Below are positions 31,548 through 40,125 of a DNA stretch of 64,000 bases, piece after piece. Numbering within the stretch: position 1 is the first letter of the stretch; each line of letters opens with the position of its first letter. Origin of the DNA: Pelagomonas calceolata (taxonomy: Eukaryota); contig CAKKNE010000002.1 of NCBI GenBank assembly GCA_918797485.1, positions 1,054,001 to 1,118,000 on the forward strand. Reading direction: 5' to 3'. A program made the translations under genes and the position numbers. The notes under the pieces are model-generated. The model searched no databases. It had not been told where the DNA came from and worked only from the letters and a program-made list of their open reading frames with translations.

Positions 31548-33542
31548 ATGGCAGAGGACTTCCCGGACGTGTGGACCCTGGCGGGGTGGCATGGACCGCC
31601 GCCGGAGGTAAAAGACGCGCTGTGGGCGGCGTGGCCGGAGAACAGCTTCTCGCGCAAGATGCGCTGGCACGAGGCCTTCCTTTCGCAGATCCCGTTTGAA
31701 GACGAGGAGAGAGGCATCGTGGTCGAAGTGCTGTGGCCCGGCGGAGGTCTCGCGAACTGGGTGCCGCTGGCGCACATCAAACCGCGCGGCGGCCTGGGCG
31801 AGACTGCGCAAACGGCGATGGCACGTTTTGGGCCGCCGGCGCCCGAGCCTGATTGCTACGTGCGACTGCCCGGTGGACCGGACTCGCCGCCGCCGAAACG
31901 GGCGCGGGTGGACGAGGCCGCGCCCGCGCCGGCTCCGCCGCGACGGCCGCCGCGGGCCGCAGCGCCGCGATCACCGCCTCCACAGCCTGCAGCGCGACAA
32001 CTACCAGTCGCCGCGCCGCGAGCACCAGCCGACGTGCCGCCGCCGCCGCGACGACCAGCCGCAGCGCCCGTGCCGCCGCGAGCACCAGCCGCTGCGCCGC
32101 GGCAACCACCGGCCGCCGCGGCGCGGCCGCCGGCCGTCGCGCCCACGGCGCCGCCTCAGCGAGCACCGCCGGTCGTGAGACCCGCGCCGCCGCGGCCGCC
32201 CGCACAGGATATCCAGGAGTTCTTCGTCGAAAGGCAGGAAGACGTCGAGCGCCTCGGCGAAGGCGCGGGTGGCGCGCTCATGCCCCACGAAATCGAGGAC
32301 CTGCCCACTGTGCCGTCGGAAGGCCAGTACGACGTGTACTACCTCGGCGACGAACCCGGCCAAGCCAAGCCACTCGTCCGCTTCGCGCCCATCATACCCA
32401 ATTCCGGGTTACATCGGTGCGCGGCCCGCATCGCGCGACTCACGGTCGGGCGGATGTGGCTCACGGACCCGACGCCACGGGGACACGACGGTGGCGCCTC
32501 GGAATACCGGATGGTCGGTTTCAGCCGCGTTAACCGGAAAGACGGAGTGGGCGAGGGCGTCACCTTCTACGGTCCCCTGCGAAACGCATTGGGCCGAGAC
32601 GGCTCCAGCCCGAACAATCGCCACTTCCACAGAGAGATCGAGTTGCGGCTCGACAGAGCGCGCGCGGACATGGCGGCCGAGATCGAGAAGGTTTGGCCCG
32701 ACGATGTCGGCGCCGAGCTCGACACAGTCTCTCAGCTCCGCGCCACGGTCGAGTACGAGGGCCAGCGCGCGCCCACGGCCATGAGCTGCACGTTCGCGCT
32801 CATAAATAAATGGCACCGCGACACGGGGGACGAAAGGGACACCGACGAGCTCGCCTGTACCACGGTCGTCACCCTCGACCTCGCGACCGTCGGCGACCTC
32901 GAGGCGCCGCCGGAGCTGCCGCGCCGCGGCAAACGGCAGGAGCGCGGCCAGGCGCCCTCCGAGTCCCAGTTCTACGCTTTTTTGCGGAAGGCCTGGAACG
33001 CGCACCTCGGCACACACGTTCTCGCGTACCCGCCGCCGCCTGCCGGAACCGTGGGAGGGCCGATGTGGAACTTCGTGGTCGGCCGCGCCGTCCGCTTGAA
33101 CCTAGGCGGCACCGGCGTCGGCGCGGCGGTACGCTTCCGGGCCGCCGAGACGTGGCACTCGACGGTCCACGACGCCCCGGCCTCGCGCGCGCGGTGCCTT
33201 TGCGGCATGGGCTTCTACAACAAGGCCTCGATTGTGGGACCGCTCTGGTACCGCCTGGACACGTTGATGCGGGAGGTGATCGCTCGGGCCAGCTTGCCCG
33301 TCGACGACCTCGCCGCCTACGGTTCGAACGCCTACGAGTTTGACACGGTCGAGGACCGCTACTTGGAGGCCTTGCACGCGTTGGATAGGGAGCCGGGCAC
33401 GCATCCGCGCGACGCGCTCGCGCGCCTCGATCGGGGCGGCGCGGCGCCCGAGGAGCCGGCGGAGCCCCCCGAACGCGTCTACGACGACGCCGAGGACGCC
33501 GTCGACGATATGGGGTTCGACTCGGATGGTCTCATTGAGTAA
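31548..33542 (+). CDS. Tudor-like N-terminus + Pro-rich linker + putative TET/JBP-like 2OG-Fe(II) dioxygenase
   Basis: Long ORF with WHRDTGD (HxD), VRFRAAETWHST (distal H) and RCLCGMGFYNK (R...aromatic) in DSBH order. The family assignment is inference. Confidence 0.6.
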   Translation: MAEDFPDVWTLAGWHGPPPEVKDALWAAWPENSFSRKMRWHEAFLSQIPFEDEERGIVVEVLWPGGGLANWVPLAHIKPRGGLGETAQTAMARFGPPAPEPDCYVRLPGGPDSPPPKRARVDEAAPAPAPPRRPPRAAAPRSPPPQPAARQLPVAAPRAPADVPPPPRRPAAAPVPPRAPAAAPRQPPAAAARPPAVAPTAPPQRAPPVVRPAPPRPPAQDIQEFFVERQEDVERLGEGAGGALMPHEIEDLPTVPSEGQYDVYYLGDEPGQAKPLVRFAPIIPNSGLHRCAARIARLTVGRMWLTDPTPRGHDGGASEYRMVGFSRVNRKDGVGEGVTFYGPLRNALGRDGSSPNNRHFHREIELRLDRARADMAAEIEKVWPDDVGAELDTVSQLRATVEYEGQRAPTAMSCTFALINKWHRDTGDERDTDELACTTVVTLDLATVGDLEAPPELPRRGKRQERGQAPSESQFYAFLRKAWNAHLGTHVLAYPPPPAGTVGGPMWNFVVGRAVRLNLGGTGVGAAVRFRAAETWHSTVHDAPASRARCLCGMGFYNKASIVGPLWYRLDTLMREVIARASLPVDDLAAYGSNAYEFDTVEDRYLEALHALDREPGTHPRDALARLDRGGAAPEEPAEPPERVYDDAEDAVDDMGFDSDGLIE

Positions 33543-33659
33543 GTTTAACTTGTTGTACTTAGTTCCTTTTTTTTTCTACTGCGCGCCTCTTCCGCACCCG
33601 ATCAGCCACTCATCTATCGCCGTGCATCGCAGTGCGAGCAACCATCGCCTCGCGCTCGC

Positions 33660-33947
33660 CTACTTGAAATGCACGAACTGCGACCCGATGATGATGATCA
33701 GCGCGAAGGCGAAGGGCGGCCCGACGACGCGCAGGGCCGTGTCCTCGGGGAGGTCGTCCGACACTTCCTGCGGCCGCTCGCCCGTGCCGTCGTAGTTCAG
33801 TCGCGTCGTGTCGAGGCGGTCAGGCGTCGACGAGAAGTCGATGGGCGAGAAGTCCGCCCGGGCGAGGGGCCGCGTCGTCGCCCGCGCGGGCGGGCCGAAG
33901 GCCTCGACGAGAGCTGCAGCTCCGAGCAGTGAAAAGAGGAGGCGCAT
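33660..33947 (-). CDS. Small plastid-targeted single-TM protein
   Basis: MRLLFSLLGAAALVEA-F (ASAFAP-like), a transit peptide and a C-terminal hydrophobic helix. Confidence 0.7.
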   Translation of the reverse strand: MRLLFSLLGAAALVEAFGPPARATTRPLARADFSPIDFSSTPDRLDTTRLNYDGTGERPQEVSDDLPEDTALRVVGPPFAFALIIIIGSQFVHFK

Positions 33948-34166
33948 TGCGATATGTCACGATTGTATAGCGTCACGTCTATGGCTTGCGGCGTGCAGCG
34001 CTGCTGGGCTGGAAGGCTTGCAGCAGCTCTGGTTTGCAGCAAATAACAGATCGCACAGTTGCGCAATCGATTCAGCAGCAATAAAGCTAACTTTTGTACG
34101 ACAGATCTAGCCTCTGACGTGCTCCAAAGCTCAGCTTAGGTAACTGTCTCCCCGATCCTGCAATTA

Positions 34167-34189
34167 GCTAGCGGCATGAAGACACTAGC
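34167..34189. promoter_or_regulatory. Motif P copy
   Basis: GCTAGCGGCATGAAGACACTAGC, midway between divergent ATGs 33947 and 34392. Confidence 0.6.
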
Positions 34190-34391
34190 CTCGACACATC
34201 ATCGCGAAAAAGCGGTTGCTACGCTGCTATTTTTGCAGACTCAGCACGTCATTATTTGCTTCAGGCCCCAGTGGCCCCACGCGTCGCGCGCGCCAGCTTC
34301 TCGTTGCAGCTGCAGGGCGTGAGCTTGCTATTTGCACAGCTGCAGGAGGTAGCACAGGGCAGCAGCGGCCGCAAGACGCCGTCGCGCCAAG

Positions 34392-35489
34392 ATGTTCTTA
34401 ATCACCTGGCTCCTCGGCGGCACCGTCCCGACCAAAAAGACGATCAAGACCTACGAGTACAAGAGCCCGCCCTTGTCCCTCTTCGAGCGCCTCTTCCTCG
34501 ACCGGTTCTGGGCCGCGCTGCCCGGTGCGGTTTATCCGCCCTGGCTCGCACCCAACGTCATCACGCTCGCCGGCCTGGTGTGCATTATTGTCGCGATCGC
34601 GCTTGTGCTGCACCACAGCCCTGCTTTGGACGGCGCCGCGCCGACCTGGGTCTACGCCGCCGTCGGTGTGTTGATCTTCTTGTATCAAACGCTCGACGGG
34701 AGCGACGGCAAGCAGGCCCGAGCGACGGGCACCGGCTCTGCATTGGGCGAGCTTTTTGATCATGGCGTCGACTCGATCACCGTGGTCTTAATAGCGGTGT
34801 GCGTGCAGGACGCGGCGCGCGTTAGTTATACTGATGAAACGCTCTGGCTGTGCGTGGCCGCCTCCACCTGTACCTTTTACTTATCAAATTGTTCCTTAGT
34901 GGCCTTCGGGCGGCAGCAGTTTTTTGATGTCGACGTGCAAGAACTCATAGTGTGCCTCACGGTACTATGCCTGTACTGCGGGATAGTCGGAGCGACGTCA
35001 GCGCCGCGCTGGATGATCACGGGGTCTCTCTGTTGCATGGTCCTCAACTGCCTGCAACTCATCTGGAAATTGCGCGACACCGAGTATTTAGGGCGGCGCT
35101 GCAAGGCCCTCGCGGCTATAGCGGGAGGCGTGGCGATCAACGCGGCGACCATCAAACAAGTCTCGAAGGAGCCCTTCTTTGCGACAGTACCATTAGTGTG
35201 TTGCATCGCGGCGGCGGCCGGCGACCTGAGTAGGCGATTGTTGCTGCAGCGCGTCGCGGACCTGCCGGAAATTGTCGATTTCGTCACGCCGACGGGCCTG
35301 CTCCTCTGGGCCCTCGCGCTCTGGCCGGGGCGCACGCGCGTCGTCGCGGCGGCGGCGTCGTTGGCGTTCTACGGCGTCGCCGCGTCTCGAACTGTCGTCG
35401 CCACCGCGGGCGCGCTGGGCGTGAGAGCGCTTACAGTGCCTACCGTGCGGCGGTCAGCGCGTGCCAGGACGCCGCGGAAGCTCGACTAG
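34392..35489 (+). CDS. Choline/ethanolamine phosphotransferase (CDP-alcohol phosphatidyltransferase)
   Basis: YEYKS, WLAPNVITLAG and DGSDGKQARATGTGSALGELFDHGVD (CDP-alcohol motif), with multiple TM helices. Confidence 0.92.
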   Translation: MFLITWLLGGTVPTKKTIKTYEYKSPPLSLFERLFLDRFWAALPGAVYPPWLAPNVITLAGLVCIIVAIALVLHHSPALDGAAPTWVYAAVGVLIFLYQTLDGSDGKQARATGTGSALGELFDHGVDSITVVLIAVCVQDAARVSYTDETLWLCVAASTCTFYLSNCSLVAFGRQQFFDVDVQELIVCLTVLCLYCGIVGATSAPRWMITGSLCCMVLNCLQLIWKLRDTEYLGRRCKALAAIAGGVAINAATIKQVSKEPFFATVPLVCCIAAAAGDLSRRLLLQRVADLPEIVDFVTPTGLLLWALALWPGRTRVVAAAASLAFYGVAASRTVVATAGALGVRALTVPTVRRSARARTPRKLD

Positions 35490-35523
35490 TAGAAGTTTTA
35501 TATTTAACCTTAACACAACATGA

Positions 35524-36082
35524 CTACTTCGGCAACAGCTTGACCAAGGCGTCGAGCTTTTCGGACGCCTCCTTGAGGTTCGGCAGCGCGCGCTCGTAGT
35601 AGCGCGTCGCGACGTCCGGGCCGCCGCCGTCGCCCTTGCTGAGCACCGCCTGTGTGATGAGACGCCGTCGGCGCGACGTCCGCGCGATGGTGTGCGCGGA
35701 CGCCGGGGCTTGCGAGCTTCACGAGATCCTTCGCGTCCTTGTACGTCTCGGCGTATTCAATAGCTGCGCCCATGAAGTCGTCGCCGCAATCCTTCTCGAG
35801 CTTCTGGAAGGTTATGAAGCTGACTGCTATCGGCAGCTTGCCGCTACCCTCGACGAGAACCTTGAACCGCAGCGCGTCCTCGTTCTTAAGCAATTCGGTG
35901 AGCTCGCGTGACGCCACCCTAACTTTCTCCGCCTCGGCATTCGTCGCGGCGACGGCGCGTTGAGCGCTGGTAAGACTGATCGCACCGACCGACAGCTTTT
36001 TGAGAGCGGTGCGACGGCGCGTCGGCGCCAGCGCATCGCTGAGTGCAGCACTGATGATGCAGAGTGCCAAGGAGAGCTGCAT
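35524..36082 (-). CDS. Probable thylakoid-lumen protein; exons 36082-35714, 35649-35524
   Basis: Signal peptide, TRRRTAL twin-Arg and AVA site. Removing a 64-bp intron gives ...DLVKL|AVLSKGDG...LVKLLPK*. Confidence 0.7.
35650..35713 (-). mobile_element. Degenerate introner-like intron (64 bp, GC-AG)
   Basis: GCAAGC donor, ...CATCACACAG acceptor resembling the inverted end, internal CCATCGCGCGGACGTCGCGCCGACGGCGT core relic. Confidence 0.55.
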
Positions 36083-36203
36083 GGTGCGAATGATGGAAAA
36101 AGCTAGCGCGCGCCGGTCTCACGGTCACGTTCTCTCCTCCGCTTGACGGATGTGGTCTCTAGTGCTCCGAGTCGCGCGTTCACGGCTGCAACCAGCTGTG
36201 AGA

Positions 36204-36227
36204 GCTAGCGCCCAGTAAGATACTAGC
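36204..36227. promoter_or_regulatory. Motif P copy (variant)
   Basis: GCTAGCGCCCAGTAAGATACTAGC upstream of ATG 36082 (-). Confidence 0.55.
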
Positions 36228-36242
36228 AAACACGGACGGGTG

Positions 36243-36378
36243 GGCGACGCGCGGTGTCTCCCCCCCAGGGGCTCCGCCCACTAGTCCTAGCACCGTAACC
36301 TCGACTTCTCTCACGGGTGGGCCCGGGGGGAGCGGGAGGGGTACGGGGAACCCTGCGACGTAACTAGCCTCAGCCTCA
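36243..36378 (-). repeat. Dispersed intergenic repeat, blocks B then A
   Basis: 36243-36299 is the reverse complement of 38413-38472 with mismatches, and 36324-36378 matches 18626-18681. Confidence 0.85.
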
Positions 36379-36388
36379 CACAGGGATC

Positions 36389-37051
36389 TCATTTCTTAGC
36401 CCCCGACCCGTAGACCGTCGTCGCCCGGCCGTGGTCCGGCGGCGACTTGCGCACGGGGCCCACGGCTCTTCTATTCACCGAGACCGACTCCCAGTAGGCC
36501 TTCTCGAAGACCTTGAGCATGGACACGACGACGCGGTCCTTCTTGACTCTGACTTTAGTTTTGGCGGGCACGACGTGCTCGAACAAGATAGACTCGTGGA
36601 AGCGGTACGCGGTGTTGCCCACCCGGGCGACCACTTCCAAGGCTTGCACTCTAACGGTAGCCACGACGGCGTTCTCGCCCAACAACTCCATGGCGTTCGG
36701 CAGGCCGAAATATAAAACCACTCGTTTGCCCTCGTCGCTCAGCGCGAAGGACGGAAACGGCGCGGTCTCGACGTGCTCTTCCCGCTTTGCGGAAGCGAGC
36801 TTCTCCGGCTCGGCGGCATCAGCGGCCGGTGGCGCCTGGTCGCCGGCGGCCTTGGGGTGCCACCAGCCCTCGGGTTTGATGGCCTCCTCGCCGGCGACGA
36901 CCTCGGTCGACGGCCGGCCCTGCGTCGGCGGTAATGCATCCGGTGCCGGCGCGGGGGCCATTGCTTTGTCTAGATCATCAAGATTGTCCAGTCCCAGACT
37001 CTTGGCCATCTCGCCGATGCCGCCCGGGAGCGCGCCGCCGAAGCCAGCCAT
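36389..37051 (-). CDS. CS (p23/HSP20-like) domain protein
   Basis: FPSFALSDEGKRVVLYF...LFEHVVPAKTKVRVKKDRVVVSMLK...WESV fits the CS fold. Start MAGFGG was chosen. Confidence 0.7.
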   Translation of the reverse strand: MAGFGGALPGGIGEMAKSLGLDNLDDLDKAMAPAPAPDALPPTQGRPSTEVVAGEEAIKPEGWWHPKAAGDQAPPAADAAEPEKLASAKREEHVETAPFPSFALSDEGKRVVLYFGLPNAMELLGENAVVATVRVQALEVVARVGNTAYRFHESILFEHVVPAKTKVRVKKDRVVVSMLKVFEKAYWESVSVNRRAVGPVRKSPPDHGRATTVYGSGAKK

Positions 37052-37203
37052 GGTGTGTGCCTTTGAGTAATCACTGGAGCGCGTCGCTCCAAATCTGCTG
37101 GCACGTGGCGAAGCAGCGTACGGCTCTAGTAGCAACTTAGATCGCTTCGTTGCTCCTTGCGGAACTCTATGTGCCTGTTTTCGATTCGAGCTCGACACGC
37201 CGA

Positions 37204-37228
37204 GCTAGCGTCCTTTAAACACACTAGC
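37204..37228. promoter_or_regulatory. Motif P copy (variant)
   Basis: GCTAGCGTCCTTTAAACACACTAGC between divergent ATGs 37051 and 37446. Confidence 0.5.
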
Positions 37229-37445
37229 AAACAGGCCGGCCGCAGCCGTACGCCCGCGCTGGACGTCTGTTCGCGAGCAACGGCCGCATACGTCGTCGTA
37301 CCAACTCCAGCTCTCAGCCGCACACGCCTCGCCGCCAGCGGCTGCCAGGTACATAACCAGGCAGGGCTCTCTCAGCTCCCCTGAGACGCCATCGACGCAG
37401 CGAGACGCCATCGACGCCACACTACTAGAGACGCCACCGATCAAA

Positions 37446-38279
37446 ATGGCCGACCGCGGCGCGCAATCAACGCCCTTCACCACCCAACTCACCGACTTCG
37501 ACGATGCCCTCATAAAAAGAGGCATCTGCAGCCGCGAGCAGTGCCTGCTGGCCAAGGGCATGTCCGAGGACCAGGTGCTGGATACACTCGTAGCTGAAGA
37601 AGTAGAACTCCAAACTAGAGCAGCGGAGGACACGTTGCGAGCGAGCTTGCTAGATCGAGAGCTGAATCCGGAGAGAGTGCGAGAGGAGATCGCCGCAAAT
37701 GCCACCGCGCAGCAATTAGACGAGCTCGAGGAGGACGACGACTTCTGCGACGACGCGTTTCTGGCGAAGTACCGGGAACAGCGCATTTCCGAACTTAAGG
37801 TAAAACAAAAAGCAAAAGTGCACGGTGAAGTCGTAGAAATAGCACGGGACCAGTGGACGCGGGAGATCAATGCTGCTTCCAATTTATCTTGGGTCTTCGT
37901 GCACCTTTACGAGGACCACGTTAGGGACTGCGTCGTGTTAAATCGGGTCTTGGCGGAAATTGCGAAGAGGCACGCCCAAGTCAAGTTCGTTAAAATAAGG
38001 GCGAAGACGGCGGTGCCCGACTGGCCCGACGGCAACCTGCCGGCCGCGTATCTCTATAAAGATGGCGAGATGCGCACGCAGCTCGTGGGCTCGCGGGAAA
38101 TTGCAACGGGGCCGCCGCCGTTCACGGCGTTATCTGTTGAGCGGAAGCTTGTTGAATTGGGCGTGCTTGCCGCGGCGGACGTCGAGGAGGATGGGTCTGA
38201 AGACGAGGAGCGCGAGGCGAGCCATAGGCGGTCCGCGTATTCGCGGGACGACGGGGCGACGTGGGACGCGTCTTCTTAG
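37446..38279 (+). CDS. Phosducin-like protein (PhLP2/PDCL3 type)
   Basis: TDFDDALIKRGI, LDELEED, FLAKYREQRISEL, VFVHLY, VKFVKI and PDGNLP. Confidence 0.9.
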   Translation: MADRGAQSTPFTTQLTDFDDALIKRGICSREQCLLAKGMSEDQVLDTLVAEEVELQTRAAEDTLRASLLDRELNPERVREEIAANATAQQLDELEEDDDFCDDAFLAKYREQRISELKVKQKAKVHGEVVEIARDQWTREINAASNLSWVFVHLYEDHVRDCVVLNRVLAEIAKRHAQVKFVKIRAKTAVPDWPDGNLPAAYLYKDGEMRTQLVGSREIATGPPPFTALSVERKLVELGVLAAADVEEDGSEDEEREASHRRSAYSRDDGATWDASS

Positions 38280-38381
38280 ATTGGTTGTGTAATTGTTCGG
38301 TTTGTTGACTTTCTGTTTTAGGACCAGTCGGTGGCGCGTCGCCGGTTCCATCGGTGGCGGGCGCGGGCTACTTGTAAACGT

Positions 38382-38472
38382 CGCGTCGATGGCGTAAAGT
38401 GGACCGCATTCTGTTACGGCGCTAGGGACTAGTGGGCGGCGCCCCCCTGGGGGTGAGACACTGCGCGTCGCC
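38382..38472 (+). repeat. Motif C+B cassette / dispersed repeat
   Basis: CGCGTCGATGGCGT...TCTGTTACGGCGCTAGGGACTAGTGGGCGGCGCCCCCCTGGGGG after stop 38279. Confidence 0.75.
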
Positions 38473-38840
38473 GATTCATCGGCGGCGGCCGCGTGTCGCG
38501 TTTTTCATAACAGCATACCTCCTTCCAAGCCGACCCGCCTCGGCACCCCCCCCCCCCCTGAACAATGCGCAACGTTCGCCCGTTCAAGCGACTTCGCAGA
38601 CTACCAAACCGAGCTAGCGTATCATACATACTAGGTGGCCCAGCCAGCGAGGCGGCCAAGCGACGGCCATACGCTAGTCTAGGCCAGCGCGACTGCACAC
38701 AGACGTGTCCAGCGCCACACAGCAGCGGACGAATCTCAAAGTTCGGCCAGGTTCCCCGCTCGCTGTCGCCTTTGAGCTTCATCGCTGGAGGAGCCAAGCA
38801 GCGCCATACGCCGCCGCAGCGGCCGACAAACAAAGGAAAG

Positions 38841-39872
38841 ATGCGCCCCATCCTCCTCAAGGGCCACGAGCGCTCCATCACCTGCGTCGTCTACAACCGG
38901 GACGGCGACCTGATTTTTACCGCCGCAAAAGACGGGAGGCCCACGTTATGGCTTAGTGAAGACGGGACGCGCGTCGGCACGTACGAAGTGCACAATGGTG
39001 CGGTGTGGCACTTGGATGTGTCCTGGGACTCGAAGTTACTCGTGTCTGGATCGGCGGACATGCACGCGAAGGTCTGGGACGTGGAAACGGGTTCGGAATT
39101 AACGACTTTCGAACACACGGGAAGTGTCCGAAATTGTACGTTTGATGAAAGCGGCCGACGTATTCTCGTGCACTGCGACGCCTTCGGTGGCTTAGATCAA
39201 AATAGGCCTCCCTTGGTGAGCATCTACGAGAACGAGCCCATGTGGGGCGATGTCACATCGTGGAGAAGGGCCGCGCAGTTCCAACTACCGCACCCGGAGG
39301 CCGGCGAGGTCAAGTGTCAATTGGTGAGATGGTTACCCTTGGGGAAACAGATCCTTTGTGCTTTTGAAGATGGTATGATGAAAATTATGGACTCGATGTC
39401 CTTTTCTACCGTCAAAGAAATCCAGGCCCACGACAACAAGATCCAGTGCTTGTCGTACAACCTGCACCAGACCTTTTTGCTGTCGGCTTCCACAGATCAC
39501 ACGTGCAAGATGTGGGACCTGGAAACGTGGGATTGCGTGAAGACGTATAGATCTGATAGACCTCTGAACGCTTGCGTCTTCTCTCCCACCAAGGAACATG
39601 TATTATTGGGTGGCGGCCAGGACGCCATGTCCGTGACCACCACAGCAGGCAGACAAGGGCGCTTCGAAACGCAGTTTTATCACCTCGCCTACGAGGAGGA
39701 GTTCGGCCGCGTCAAGGGCCACTTCGGGCCGATCAACGCGTTGGCCATCTCGCCGCTGGGCAAGTCCTACTGCTCGGGCGCGGAGGACGGCTATATTAGG
39801 TTGCACCACTTCGACGCGGACTACCTCGACATGAAGGACCCCGTGCCCGAGGACGAGCCGGCCGCGGAGTAA
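38841..39872 (+). CDS. EIF3I: Eukaryotic translation initiation factor 3 subunit I
   Basis: MRPILLKGHERSIT...YNRDGDLIF, LLGGGQDAMSVTTT, GRVKGHFGPIN and GAEDGYIRLHHFD. Confidence 0.97.
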   Translation: MRPILLKGHERSITCVVYNRDGDLIFTAAKDGRPTLWLSEDGTRVGTYEVHNGAVWHLDVSWDSKLLVSGSADMHAKVWDVETGSELTTFEHTGSVRNCTFDESGRRILVHCDAFGGLDQNRPPLVSIYENEPMWGDVTSWRRAAQFQLPHPEAGEVKCQLVRWLPLGKQILCAFEDGMMKIMDSMSFSTVKEIQAHDNKIQCLSYNLHQTFLLSASTDHTCKMWDLETWDCVKTYRSDRPLNACVFSPTKEHVLLGGGQDAMSVTTTAGRQGRFETQFYHLAYEEEFGRVKGHFGPINALAISPLGKSYCSGAEDGYIRLHHFDADYLDMKDPVPEDEPAAE

Positions 39873-40125
39873 GTGCGCGGTTCAGATTCTCTGCTACGGT
39901 GACATATCCCGTCGACGGGGTATGTTACGCTAGGACTCGTGGGCGGAGCCCGGCGCGCGACGGGACCCCGGACGACCCTGCCGCCCGCGAGGGCTCCTAG
40001 CTGTCGGAGAGCCCCTCTATGGCCCGGTCGAGAGCTGCGCGCGGCCCGCGCGATCCCCGCACGCAGCAGCGCTCTCGCCGCGCCTCAAGATTTTGGGCAG
40101 CCATTGCGTTGCCGCGGTGGGTACG

